Source: Selaginella moellendorffii (taxonomy: Eukaryota; Plantae; Lycopodiophyta). From it: a DNA stretch of 64,000 nucleotides. The position numbers and the translations under genes were made by a program. Shown here one piece after another: positions 25,966 to 38,919 of this stretch. Location of the stretch: the NCBI RefSeq assembly GCF_000143415.4, contig NW_003314394.1:248042-312041 (forward strand). Direction: 5' to 3'. Position 1 is the first letter of the stretch. The number at the start of each line of letters is the position of its first letter. The notes beneath the pieces are model-generated. The model saw only the letters and a program-made list of their open reading frames with translations. It searched no databases and had not been told where the DNA came from.

Positions 25966-26518
25966 TGTAAGCAACCAAAGGGAACGACTCGAGAGACGGT
26001 CCATGGGGTTCAAATATAGAGGGAAAGGGCTTATGAACAAGAGTGCACCCCTTTTTTCAATCGGTTAAGGGTCTTGGGATACTTAGGGTTAAGTGTCCTT
26101 AGGTTTGAATAGTCCAAATTTAGGAGCTTACATTTGGTATCAGAGGGGTCTTGGGTCTGACTCTGTTGGTTGGCTAGGGGAATCGCACCACATGTTGATT
26201 GACATTTGGCAGGTTTAGTTTGCTCCCATTGGGTTCGACCCGAGGGGTAGGGTGTCAAGAGAGCGGGGCTCTTAGGAGAGCTGTGACTCTCAGCTTCCGT
26301 TCACGAGGGCATGAACTTGCAAGTAAGCATGGTGGATTGTAAGCAACCAAAGGGAACGACTCAAGAGATGGTCAATGGGGTTCAAATATATAGGGAAAGG
26401 GCCCATAAACAAAAGTGCACCCCTTTTTCAATCGGTTAAGGATCTTGGGATACTTAAGGTTAAGCATCCTTAGGTTTGAATAGTACTGGGTTAGAAAGTC
26501 CAAATTCAAGAGCTTATA
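25966..26518 (+). mobile_element. TRIM (553 bp) with 5S-rRNA-like segment in LTRs (Cassandra-like)
   Basis: 5' LTR 25966-26132 (TGTAAGC...GCTTACA), PBS TGGTATCAGAG 26135-26145, GGTGGAT before the 3' LTR 26338-26518, and TSD TCAAA at 25961-25965 and 26519-26523. The LTR segment GTTAAGCATCCTTAGGTTTGAATAGTACTGGGTTAG resembles the 5S internal promoter. Confidence 0.9.
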
Positions 26519-27770
26519 TCAAACCCAAGAGACCAATCTAGAGAAAACCACGAAGAACATATGGTAATGTGATAATCCAAAAGCTATCAAAGAGAACAAC
26601 TAACTATCATGAAAGATCATCAATTATCCTATAAATAAAAAAATGCATAATCATTATTGAAGAAAAAATCCACCATCCCAAAGAATGGCAAATCATTCCA
26701 GATCAACAATAATCAAGTAAAACCTTTGACAAGGATAATCAACTATCTTAGATGATAGTCAATCATCACCAATGATTGCCAGATGTAAAAACTAGTTTTA
26801 ATATCAAAGCTAAAGAGTCAAAATGCCTTCCCTAACAACTCATAATAAATGGAGTTTTAATATCAAAGCATAAAAACTCAAAAAACCAAAAGTTTGAAGA
26901 AGTCTAAAGCCAAATCTCACTTAACAATGATCATGAGTCTACAAGTAATCACTAGTTGCAAAGCAACCAACAATCACTCTTCAACTTACTTTCATAAGAC
27001 CTAAACATTAAACTCACATCATTGAGTTTTATACTTGTCCAACATGAACATAATACACTAGGTATGAGAGAAAAGTTCTTTGGACAAAGACACAAGGGTC
27101 ATTTTTTAGAAAAGTGCAATGGCTATTTTTCTACACTAACTCCAAATTCTATCCAACTCAATTGTTTTAGCCTCAAAAGTCAGCATTCCTTTCGGGCCGT
27201 ATCATACAAACTACCTATTAAGGTATAAGTTAACCAAAGTCAACTCTAACCCTTTTACCAATTTGTATTGGCTTACGAAAATGGAATGGTTTTTGAGCAA
27301 AATGATCAATAGATCAACCATTGGAAAAATCTAAGAAAATTTGTGGAAAATTCCCATATTAGAGAAAGAATGACTCTCGGTTTAGGAATACAAACTTTTA
27401 AAATTGAACCAACTTCTTCCTACTAACAATTTTACATAAGTTCACTTCAACACTAGTTCTTATGACCCAACAGTATATTTAAACATTGAATATTTTGCCC
27501 ATTTTTCCGACATCCAACATGGTTTTCCTATAAAGTGTTGGAAAGGGTTATAGAATTCACTTGCTAAGGCTTGTTGCTTTATCCATTAATACTTGGAATA
27601 GATTATTAGATGGTGAAAATGTATAGTTGAGGCATTGACATCACTAACACTTGTATTAGTGGAAGTATTGTTTCAAGTGATAAGGAATTTTCCTTAGACC
27701 TTGATTTTCCATGTCAATTTTTTTGTTAGTGTTTTGGCTTCATATTAGATTTTGAAGGTGATTGAAGAAA

Positions 27771-27986
27771 AGTGTTAGTACAATATAGATATCTAAAGAT
27801 ATAGTCTTCGTGATCAAGCCTTGGATGTTCCTCAAGGAAATAAGGTATTAACTATATTTTGTTTAATATAGCCAAAACACTATATCTAAACTGGTACAAT
27901 ATAGATGTTTCAAGCAGACTATCAAGACGTGATATAGTTTTGATCACAAAGACTATATCTTCAAATATCTATATTGTACTAACACT
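27771..27986. repeat. 47-bp inverted repeat (MITE-like / foldback)
   Basis: 27771-27817 versus the reverse complement of 27940-27986: 44/47 identical. Confidence 0.85.
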
Positions 27987-28975
27987 CTGCTTGAAATAGC
28001 ATTGAAATATTATTTATTTAATAGCATATCATAAATCACTATTAAGAACTAAGTCAAAGCTATTTCAATGCTACTACTTGCAAGTAGACTAGCTTCACTA
28101 TCAACCATTTTGGGTTTGATCATCCTTTAACTAAGCAACTTCATAAACAGATTACTCACTATTATATGGATATGATATAAAAATCACAATCATTTGATCA
28201 TCAATTGAGAAACACCATGAGCAATGTCTATATCACCATTACAAAGGTTTATGTGAGTATCAAGTGCCAACTCGATTCAACAAAATGTAACATAAATGCC
28301 ACACCCTACCAATAGAGATTTACAACCTTCAACACCACTACCTTTTGTTTACAATACAAATAAGTTTATGCTACTCTTTATTTGACCAAACTCAAAATTA
28401 ATCCAACACTAAGCTACTCAAGTAGTAATAACAAGGTTCTATGGAAAAGAATTAAACATTGCAACCTAAGTTTTCAATAACAAACTTAGACAAAATGGTT
28501 TAACATTTCACCGTTATTCATCTCATGACTCACCACTTATAAAACCATTATTTCCAACATATATCAAGATAGAAACTCTTGATTGCATGACGTAAGTATG
28601 AGCAATAAGTTAACACCTCGTTACAAATCATTTCTCCAAGAAAAAAAATTGATTTATGTGTTTGATTCTTCGTCCCTAATGACTCTCTTTTCGGTCTCAT
28701 CTTTAACTAAACCTTAAACTTGTGGTCACACTGCCTTCAGTTTAATCCAAAAAAAGTTTATGAGAAAGCATGACAATGACTATTTGAACTAATAGACTAA
28801 TCCCTACAGTCTTGGTTGATCCATTTATAATTATGCCTAGGAAGGATCCACTAATGCTATGCTAAACAGTTATAAGTTAGCTTATTTGCAACTCATAACA
28901 AACCTAGGAAAGGTCGATTTTCACCCATGGTACATAGAACAACTCATGGAACCTTTTATAGGCTAACATTAATTT

Positions 28976-29193
28976 TGCCAACTCAAAATGTAACCTTAAG
29001 TTGCTAATGTGCCTCACTTACGAGCCCAAGCACAAACTCATGCAAAATGGTATGCCTCAAATCCATCTTGCCAACTCAAAGTGTAACTTTGAGTTATTAA
29101 TATACCTCACTCACAAGCCCAAATGCAAACTCGTGCAAATGAAACATCTTTGTCCATTTTATGGGCCTAAGAGCAAACTCATGTAATATGGTA
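28976..29193. repeat. Degenerate ~93-bp tandem repeat next to the PBS of the family-B element
   Basis: TTGCCAACTCAAA(A/G)TGTAAC...CCTCACT...AGCCCAA...CAAACTC(A/G)TGCAAA occurs about twice, plus a partial copy. Confidence 0.7.
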
Positions 29194-31164
29194 CAAAAAA
29201 GTAACTAAAATTCATACCCAAGGAACAAATGCAAAATCTTTGCACCTAAACATATACCCATTTGAACTATCATTTTCATTTCTGCGTATGCAACAAAACT
29301 AATTGCCTAATCTTATTAGATAGTACTCATTAAGACATATCTTCTGATACCAATGGTTTTCACCCTTTATCTTATAATAATTCACCATAGGATAACTAGA
29401 AAGGAACATAAGTGTCAAGGCCTTGGGTTATTGAATGAAAGAATAAAGCCAAACTCTTAAGCATGAAGCCAAAAAATATAAGAACTGAAGGATAGAGTGA
29501 TTCTTGATCGTATAGCCCAAGAAACAAAGGGATAGGAGCATAGAACAACTTGGAACAATCCTAAAATATCCAGCATCCAAATGTTAGGACTAACATGCAA
29601 AATGACGCCAAATAGAGGCTAGTGCTATTTTAGTATATTGGTGACCTAACACGATAATATGGGTATTCCCACTAGCTAGCATGGTGTGGAACTTGAGTTT
29701 ATACTCAAGCGGACGCAGAACAAGGAGAGGCACACAAGTGAAAGCTAAATTATGCTTTAGGTTAATTGGCCATACTAACCTCGAAACTTATTAAATATGA
29801 AATAGTGTTAGATTGTGAATTTGGACATGGGACCAACACCATTATGTTCAAGATAATCTTTACATTCCATAGATATGCCAAATTAACAAATTTATACACT
29901 TTTCATAAATAACAATTGAAACTAAATGGAACTAACATTAGGTGCATGATAATGAGGGTGCTTGGCAAACATAGTAAACTATCATCTTGTGAATATTAAA
30001 GGACTAAACTCAATATTGCAAAGATGTGAAAAGCATTCTTACTAGGTTTTGATAGAGAAAACATTGTCTATAGCCAATAGTGGTGTTATGGCATGGCAAC
30101 TTGTATAGCCCATTGATTAATCCATTATATATATAGGATGTGGTCATCATATACCATTAGAATAGGTATGAAGGCCATAAAAAAATTGTGCATAGAAATT
30201 TCACTAACAGGAAATAATATTCTTTGGCAAGAGAAAAATATAAGGACACGTATGCATGGAAATTTATGTGTGAAAATCTACATTTTTTACAAATTGCATG
30301 CCATACCAATCTTATTCTCCAACAACATCTACCTTCTTATCTACCTCTAACCTGAATCATATGAAAATTGGTTTGCAGAAAAGGTGAGATGAGCTCTAGA
30401 AGCTGGGCTCATCCATGGATTCTCTACTGCCATCTGGATAGACAGGATTTCTCCCACAAGCTCGGGCATCAACCAACATTCCTGTGACCGGCTTTTTAAA
30501 TCCAAGTGCACAAAATTAGATATATTGGAGCCCGATTGAATTTTTATAATTGGTCACACAGTTATTCAGGCTCTAGTCAAGCCACCTTAAATATACTTAA
30601 GATATTTCAGGTATATTCTTGACATTTCTGATTTCTTTTAATATAAACATGTAAAGGAATCTCTAATTCCAAGCGGACACCATGGCAGCCTGGCCATGAG
30701 TGAAGGTGTGGAGGTTGCTATCTCATTTCAATGTCATGCTTTCATGGGCCACAGTCAATGTTGTCTTGGCTCATGAACTATCAGTTGTGGAAAGAGCAAG
30801 CTACAGCTTAGATTTGTTTCTCCGAAATGGGTTTCAAACATAGATATCACACTTTCCCGTTAACTATGGTAGTGCATATCTTCTAGTGTAGTAGTGTACA
30901 TGCATAACAATCCATTGTATCCATGCCATGGTTATAACCAATTATTAAAATCGGAACCTTATTATCCAAGCTATGTCCTAGACTCAGAAGGATGAAGTAC
31001 GCGATTGCAATTGGAACATAAGCATCACTCTTTTCATCACTTAATACACCTATTAAGGGTTTGATTTTTGGCTGGTATCTTCCTTAATTTCCCAGAAAGT
31101 CTCCATCACTACCTCAACAAATGAACTGTTCATGAAATTATTTATTTCAAATTTTATTTCCAAT

Positions 31165-33138
31165 TCTAGTTGTTGTTTGTTTCAATTTAAAATAATCAAG
31201 ATTTTTATAGCTGGTTGATTTCGTTGTCACGTTTGAAAATTGCCAGGGAGACATGCTATCCACAATGAGGCCATTATGCATGAATGGTGCTTCAGCAGCC
31301 AGCCTGGAAAAGAACTTATCCAACACCACACTAATACATAAAGACCATTTATATTTAGATTTCAAAGTAGAATTTATAAAAATTTCTACTTTTCCATAAG
31401 AACAACATGTAAATTCAATCTTTCTCTTTGACTTTGTTTTAGGATCACTTCTTAAGGCAGCAAAATAGATTTAGTATGCTTGAACACGCATTCTGTAGTA
31501 TAAAGAACGTTAAACACAAAACAAGCAAGGGAGGAAATTGATCTGTTGTTTGTGATCAGACTGGGGCGAGAACGTGGATGTGACTGGATTTTGCTTCTTG
31601 GATCAAGCACATGGGCTTCTCAGTTGGCTAGAATCCGGGCAACCTCCCATACATATCGGGTTTGGCAGCTTGGTGAGATGAAAAACTTTGAAACGTTTTC
31701 ATTCTGGACTAACCTCATCAAAACCATGCTGCGCAATATATTTGCCAAGGTCGTAAATCAGAAGAAGAAGACGAGTGCACGATTTTGTTACCCCGGCCCC
31801 GAGGCTTGCAGCAACTGTGCCAACGCTTCCATGGTTGATGACTCCAGAACAACGAGGAAACAGCCAGTCGTGAGGAACTTCATCCAGCACGTAAATGTGG
31901 TCTGGGAATTCAGCTGCAAGGAGGATGCAGAAATTCAATCGACTAATGATACAATGCACAACATGACTTGGTGTACTTGATTGACCACCCAGTCCAGCCC
32001 AGCCCTTGGAAATGATCCCTCTTTGGCCGGTCAGTTTGAGAGCTTCCATGATGATTTCTGTTGTGCGCTCTGGATCCTGCATAGGCTAATCAATAGACAG
32101 TGTCCAACAGCAGTGATTCATGCTTGTTGTGATCAAGAGCTCTGGGGTGAAATTGTTCATTCAAATGGGGCTGGACCAACACCGATCCACCTATCTCAAA
32201 TCTCCCTGCAGACAATGGTCCAGTGTATGATCAAGCCTGAAGTATTGCTCGATTTTTCTTTGTTGTTTCAAATTATTGTTATAACAGTGTATTTTCAGGT
32301 TAAAGAGAGGGCCATTCAATTATCCAAACGGCTGCAGCAAGAAAGTGCGATCGAGGCAGAAGTGAGATCCATTCATAAGCATCTTGATAAGAGTTTCAAG
32401 ACGAATGATTATGTAAGCATGATCCGAGTATGCCCGGGCACGTTTGCCTGCATATTCATGAGAGAAATAATTAGTGTATATTATTATATATAAATAAACC
32501 TTCATATAATGCGTGGAAAATTGGTGAACACCTTTCCAAATGCCACTCCCACCTGTTGGCAAAGGGATTCCTAACGCAGATTTTCTAGTGAGCGTCCCCA
32601 GGCTTCTTGAATCTTCATAAGTCATGGTAATTGTCAACAATTTGTACTGTACGTGTTTTACAATGTCTTTTTCACGTCCTGTTCTGTAAAGATTTTCACC
32701 AGGTTGACGAGGCCCTGGAACTTTTCCACGACTGTAACCCCATAAAACATTCTTACCAGAGCCTCCTCAAACTGAAAAGCATTCTCTGCTATGGGATACT
32801 GCCGCAGCAAAGACGAGGATGATTACTACACAGTAAAGGAAAAGTGAGGTTCTCTTGGGGTGGGAATCACTGTCTTGAAAAAGGAAATCGATCCTCGGCA
32901 ATAGATTTCACCAGACAGCAGCCTCGAAGGCCTCAACGCCGGCAAACTCTCCAAAACCGCTGTTTTTTCACACCTCCAAAAAAAAGAGACTGCAGGAAAG
33001 CTGACCACGGTGCTAAATGGATGAAGAAAAGTTTAGAATACCTAGCACATATAAGACTGCAAAATCGTTGATAGCTGCCATTCCACAGTACATTTTTGAA
33101 GCAATGGCAACAGCTTGCTCCTTGTTGGCCAAGAAAAC
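31165..33138. pseudogene. Deleted/rearranged duplicate of 50830-54912 (UGT80-like 3' exons and ALDH22 3' exons) with a 369-bp internal inversion
   Basis: 31165-31527 ~ 50830-51185; 31534-31730 ~ 53007-53221; 31729-32097 = reverse complement of 53221-53586; 32098-32500 ~ 53584-54050; 32598-33138 ~ 54354-54912. Confidence 0.93.
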
Positions 33139-33394
33139 TAATCAGACTGATGAGTGAAGAAGAGCTCTGTATACTTTATAGCGAATGAAGGTGGAATGCC
33201 AAACTGCCATAAGGCGTGACCTAGGATGCTACATGGCACTGACGTGGAAAGAGCAAGGATTCACCATCTTCAGCACTGAAGCCTTTATTGTACCCATAGG
33301 ATTTGTATCTTAAAATCCTAGACTATGGAAAGGAAAAAAAATAATCCCAAAACCTAAGTCAATGAATAAAGACCAACATTATTTTGAAGAAAAT

Positions 33395-35790
33395 AATCAC
33401 GAGCCAATGGCTTGGTGAAGATATCACCCACTATGTCTCCTGTAGCATAGTATGCTAGCTCGAAATCTCCTCCTCAGTCTTCTCAGGTACAAAGTGATGA
33501 TGAATATCGTAATACTTGGTGCGGCAATGGTAGCGAGGGTTAGCAGCCAGGGCGATGCAGCTCTGGTTATCACACCACAGCCTCGTTGGACCTTGCTGAA
33601 AAATGCCAATCTCCGCAAGTAAGGCCCTGAGCCAAACGAGTTCTTTAGCTGCGTGTGAGGCAGCCAAGTACTCAGCCGGAACATTGATCACCAGGAAATT
33701 CCGCGCTCTAGCTACCATCGATTGCTTCTTGGAACTCCAAGAAACCGCTGCACTGCCCAAATTGAAAATGTAACCTGATCGAGTATCGCTATCTGCTGCC
33801 CATGAAGCTTGAGCTCCTCGCCCTGGTAACACAAGCCAAGCTGAGTGGTGCCAAAAAGATACCTGAAGATGCGTTTAACCGCTGCCCAGTGAGACGGGCC
33901 AGGGTTCTCCAAGAATTAACTACCTTTGCTCATGGCAAAGGCCAAGTACACCCTAGCAAGACATAACAGCTTTCCCTTCTTCCGTTACCAGAGACATCTC
34001 TTTCGTCAATTTACAACCAGGCTCCATTGGTTGGGAACTGATGAACAACGGTCACGGAGGAGCTCCATGCCAAGAAAATATCTCGCTGGCCCTAGTGCCT
34101 TCATCTCGAACTGAGATCTTCTTCACCTGGGCAAACATGGCAGCGTTGTTGTGAGTAACCAGATTGTCATCAACGTAGAGGCCAAGGATTGTGAAGTCTG
34201 GTGGGCGGAACTGGATGTAGAGATTGCTATCCGCATGGCTTCGCTTGAATCCCATGCTCAACATGAAGCTGTCGTAGCGTTTGTACCAAGAACGAGGCAA
34301 TTGTTTGAGTCCATAAATCGCCTTCTTTAAAAGCCAAACGTGACTCTCTTTTCCTCCATAGAGGAAAGCAGTAGTATGGCAAAAGGGTTATTAAGAGCAG
34401 TGGTGTATTCTAAGGTTTTTTGCTAAAGGACCACATCCTCTAGAACATGATGACACATGGATGCTCGAGGTCGTAGTCACCAGCTACAGCAAAATGGATC
34501 AAAGCACGACGAGTTGTGTGCTTGACCAAGGGCGCAAAAGTCTCGTGGAAATCGATTCCAGGAACTTGAGTGCAGCCCTTCACAACTAGTCTGGCCTTGA
34601 AATGAGTGGTGCCATCAGGATTTACTTTCAAAGCAAACACCCACATGCTCCTCACAAGTTTCCTCCCAGCAGGAATGGCACGTGAGTGCCACTCTTCCTC
34701 TGCGAGCGCATCTCGTCCTCCATCGCTGCAAGCCAGAATTTGGCTTCTGGAGAATCCAAGGCTTGTGCATAAGTTACCACTGGAATTTCGCCAGCAGTAG
34801 AAGCAACCATCGTCTCAATGAGACGAGACGGTTTCTTGCGCTGGCGGTCAGATGACTGGCCTGGAGGAACTGGATTCCTATGCACGTGGTCCACCGTAGG
34901 AATGGGCAGCAGGCAGATGTGTCACAGGAATAGCCTACTAGAAGCTCCTCACGAGGATCTCCCACCGTTGAAAAGTCTCCCACAGTGTTTGGACCAGGTA
35001 AGCTGCGAGACGAGCTGAGCAGGGGCTCTTTGTTGAATTTCACATCCCTGCTGATGATCTCTGTGCGTGTAGCAGGATTCCAGAGATGCCAGGCAGCATG
35101 ATCCAAGCTGTAGCCCAAGAATTTACACTCAATGCTCTTTGCATCAAGCTTTCTTTGCAGTTGTACGGGCACCTGAGCCCAAGCTTCACAGCGAAAAATA
35201 CGCAAGTGTGCCACCAAGGGCTTTCTGCCAGTCCATGCCTCCTAAGGAGTTCTTCCATCCACAGTGGTTGTAGATAACCGATTGTGGACATAGTTAGCAA
35301 ATAGCGTCAACCCAAAAGGAATTGGAAGGCCACTAACCTGTAGCATTGCGCGTGCACCTTCCATCAAGATGTGATTCTTCCTCTCAGCACAACCGTTGTG
35401 CTGAGGAGAATATGCAGCTGTGAATTCACGAAGAATGCCAGCCTCTTGGCAAAGTCAATTGAACTCATTGGATGTACTCACCACCTCCATCACACCTGAG
35501 TTGTTTCAAGTGCTGCCCAGTTTGTGTCTTGCCAACAGCTTTGAACTGGAGAAATGCGGTAAGGCTTCAGATTTGAAGCGTAGAAGATACACCACTATGT
35601 AGCGAGAAAGATCATCAATAAATATGAGAAAATATCGATAACCACCTTGTCGAAGTGTCTGCATGGGACCACAGATATTGGTGTGGACTAGCTCCATTTT
35701 CTCATGAGCACATTGAGCACGACCAGCAGGAAATAGTTTGTGTGGCATTTTTCTAAGCTGACAGCCATTGCAAAATGGTAACTCTTGCTT
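33395..35790 (-). mobile_element. Ty1/Copia pol remnant (integrase, RT, RNase H), frameshifted
   Basis: ELVHTNICGPM..YFLIFIDDLSR; HLRIFRCEAWAQVP..KLDAKSIECKFLGY; WVFALKVNPDG..FKARLVVKGCTQVPGIDFHETFAP; LYVDD; HWAAVKRIFRYL; AVSWSSKKQ; AEYLAASHAAKE; LWCDNQS; DIFTKPL. Confidence 0.93.
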
Positions 35791-37395
35791 TTTGTTTTCT
35801 TTTCGCAGGTTTCCTTTAAGGGTATTTGATTTAGCACTAAAGTTTTATTTGCAAAATCTTGCAAGTTGTGATTTCTTCTATAAAGTGGCTTTTTATTTGT
35901 TCACAGTAAGCTTTTTCAAGTAGATTTTGAGTTTCTTTAAGTTGTACACATCTTTATAGTATGTTGTCTCAAAGTTAACTGGCTAAATGGGTGATTATCC
36001 TTTCTTATACAATCTTCCTCTCACGACTAAATACAATCTTGTCCTCAAGAAAAATTGTTTATGGGGATCAGAGATGGAGTATCAATTTGGTATTATTGCT
36101 GTTGTGAGGTAGCAATAAATGTCGTCTGTCCATGTTGGTGATGTGTGGATGTCAAGTATGTTGGAGTCAAGAAAGTTGTCCATGTTGTATTTCGGTTGTT
36201 CGCCAATTGTAATATAGTTGAGGTGGTCAACTTATTCATGTTGTTTTTCGGGTTTGTGAATAATCTCAAAGTTGTATTCTTGAAACAGTATGAACCATCA
36301 GGCAATTCTACTGGTGAAGATGGTTTTGTTGAGGAGGTGTAGAAGTGCTTTGTGGTTGACCATGATCTTGACTTTGGTGCCAAGTAAGTAATGTCAAAAC
36401 TTTTGTAATGCGTAAATCATTCTTAAGTCTTCTTTTTTGGTGGTGGTATAGTTCATTTCTTGAGTTTTTGGCTAGTATAGTAGATTGATTGATCTTTGAG
36501 GTTTTGTTATTGTTGAGAAAGAATCACTCCGATGGTGTAGTTGGAAGTGTCGACTTGTGTGTTGAAGTCTTTGTCTTAGTTTGATTAGGGGAGTATTAGA
36601 GCTCTTGTCAATGAATTCTTGGGTAAGTGGAATGCTTGTTGACAGTCTTGAATCCAATTGTAGACATGATATTTCTTGAGAAGCTCTATGAGGGGTTTTG
36701 CAATCCTCATGTAATCTTTGATGAAGCGTTGATGGTATTCTATTTTGTCGAGGAAAGATCGTAGTCTGGTGATGTTTGTTAGATGCTGCATATTGATGAT
36801 GGCAAATGTTTTGGCTTTGTCGATAAGGATGCCTTATTTTGTAGATGATGTGTCCAAATAGGATGCCAGATTTGATGAAGAAGGTAGATTTCTCAAGGTT
36901 TAAGGCGATGTTATTCTCTCGGCATTTGATGAAGCATTTCTTGAGATGTTAGAGATGTCATTCTTTGTTGCTGAAGATGCTAAAGTTGTCCATAAAAACT
37001 CACATGAAGTCGATAAAGTATTTTCTAGATGTGTCGGTGATGATTCTCTGGAAAGTAAATAGTGTGTTAGAAAGACCAAAAGGCATTCGTAAGGACTGAT
37101 GAAGGCTATCTTGTGTTGATCTTCAAGTGCAATGTGAACTTGATTGTAGCCATTAAAGCCATTGAGAAATGAGTACATTTCATGTCTAGCTACTACGTCG
37201 AGAATTTCATTAGAAAATGGAATTTAGAAAGTGTCTTTTCGAGTTGCATTGTTAAGCTTTTTGTAGTTGACACAGACTTTGAATTTTCCACTTTTCTTGG
37301 GACAATAACAAGTGGTGATAACTATTCTGGGTTTTAAATTGGGTAGATGAAGCCAATGTTTTTGAACTTGTCAAGTTCTTCTTTAATTTTCACTT
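35790..37395 (-). mobile_element. Ty3/Gypsy pol remnant (RT, RNase H)
   Basis: CVNYKKLN, ILDVVARHEMYSFLNGFNGYNQVHIALEDQHKIAF, LRSFL...YHQRFIKDY..IAKPL..LLKK...W...CQQAF. Many stops and frameshifts. Confidence 0.88.
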
Positions 37396-38919
37396 TATGT
37401 GTTTTTGTAAGAATACCCTGCATAGTTCACTAACAAGCTCAAGTCTCCTTGTTATCAAATTTCTCAGTGACTTATAACCAAATTCTCAAAGCTCCAAATT
37501 GAATCTAAGCAGTGTTGAGGCTGAATATGCTACTGCTTGACTTGTGAGTAGACAAGGTATGGATTGATCAAGCTAAAGAACCCTTTGCCAAGAATTAAAT
37601 GTTAGCATAATTTAGCATATACTGGTATAATGCTCAAGCTAGACTTTACACTTTAACATCCTAATAGAAAGGTTATGCCCACTCAATCAAATGCTATAAT
37701 ACAATAATTTTGATATTTATAGGGTATAGGGAGTGTTGCAATCACTTTCACACCTCATTAGGCTGTTTTGTGTTTCAAAATGTTAGTCTTGTCATTTACA
37801 CTTTTGACATCAAGAAGTTGTAAATATTTAGTTCTATTATTAGTTAATTTCCATTGCTAATTCATGGCCAGCTTTTTCCACCTTCGTTTTGCAATAAAGA
37901 AAAAAAGAAAGGTTGTATGTAGAAATGAAGCTGTAAATTTTGATGTGAAAACAAAAATTTTATCAGTCTTGATAGCATATTTTAATCTATACTCACATTC
38001 CAAAACTTTTGGTGTGGTAAGACCCTAAATTGATTCCAGCTGTACATTTTTTAATCGATCCAAGTTCTGCACAAAATGAGTGTTCAAATGCAAAAATATA
38101 ACTGATGATCCAAGTGTTTGTCCAAGGCAATCAAATAGTAGTATACAAGCACAGATTGTCAGCTAGAATTTGATCAATATAGGCTGGGCATTTTCCTGAG
38201 TGCTGCAATTGCTAACCATCAAGCATGAACACCAACTTTATATGAAGAATTTAGGGTGAGGGCTTGACCATGGATGGGGACCGTGGTTGGGCCATGTTCT
38301 TGTGTTTAGCCAACAGCTCATTTACCTTTTATTTCTTGCAATATTTGAAAGGAGGACAGATTATTATAATATAATCAGGACATCCTCTAACTTACTTACT
38401 CAAGCTAAATACATTTCTAACACGGTTTAATAGGAATTGGAACAGATTTTTCAAAATTTGCCTCATAAAAATCATATTAACCTTACTTATAATCATAGAA
38501 TATCAAATATACAAAATGAATTACATTTTTATTACTAATATAATAAAAAATTTAGAAGATAGAAGATAGAAGAAAGAATATAAGAATACAAGAAAAATAG
38601 AGATAGAAGAAAAAATACAAGAATGAATGGACTAAATTTAGTCCTAAATAGATAGTCCATATGTTATAATACTATAATTAATGTATTACCAGGTAATACA
38701 TATATATACATATATATATTTATAGACCTTACATCATCCTCCCCTCTGAAAAATGAAATAATGATGATAATAAATTAGGTGAAATATATAGAACTTCTAT
38801 TAGGTGATTATAAACTACCTTAAGAACTTAAAACCACCAACATAATTGTTAACAACCATAATGAGACAAAATCCAAAGCCAAGGATTAATCAACCACAGA
38901 ATCCTAATGAATCAACTAC

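Larger units (their letters stand above)
24063..30023 (-). mobile_element. Decayed LTR retroelement (family B): truncated 5' LTR ~29354-30023, PBS-Met, ~4.2-kb AT-rich internal region without intact ORFs, PPT, 3' LTR 24063-25195
   Basis: On the minus strand, TGGTATCAGAAG (29341-29352) follows the LTR end GGTGAAAACCA. Poly-G-AGAG PPT (25196-25212) precedes TGTCGCGAAT. LTR copies are homologous to the solo LTR at 19447. Confidence 0.78.

Noticed and set aside
33140-33175. CTGATGAG hammerhead-like core (also CTGATGA on the minus strand near 48710 and 48805)
   Set aside because: No properly placed GAAA or closing stems; the 48.7-kb copies are codons of the duplicated mini-exons.
35700-35900. Copia integrase directly following Gypsy RT/RNase H on the same strand, as a possible hybrid element
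   Set aside because: Both parts are heavily decayed and differ in composition; nested insertion plus deletion is the simpler explanation.
38380-38750. Possible LTR start (minus-strand AGAGGGGAGGATGA|TGTAAGG at ~38734), with similarity to ~40198-40228
   Set aside because: Other end and partner cannot be defined because of the gap; too weak to annotate.
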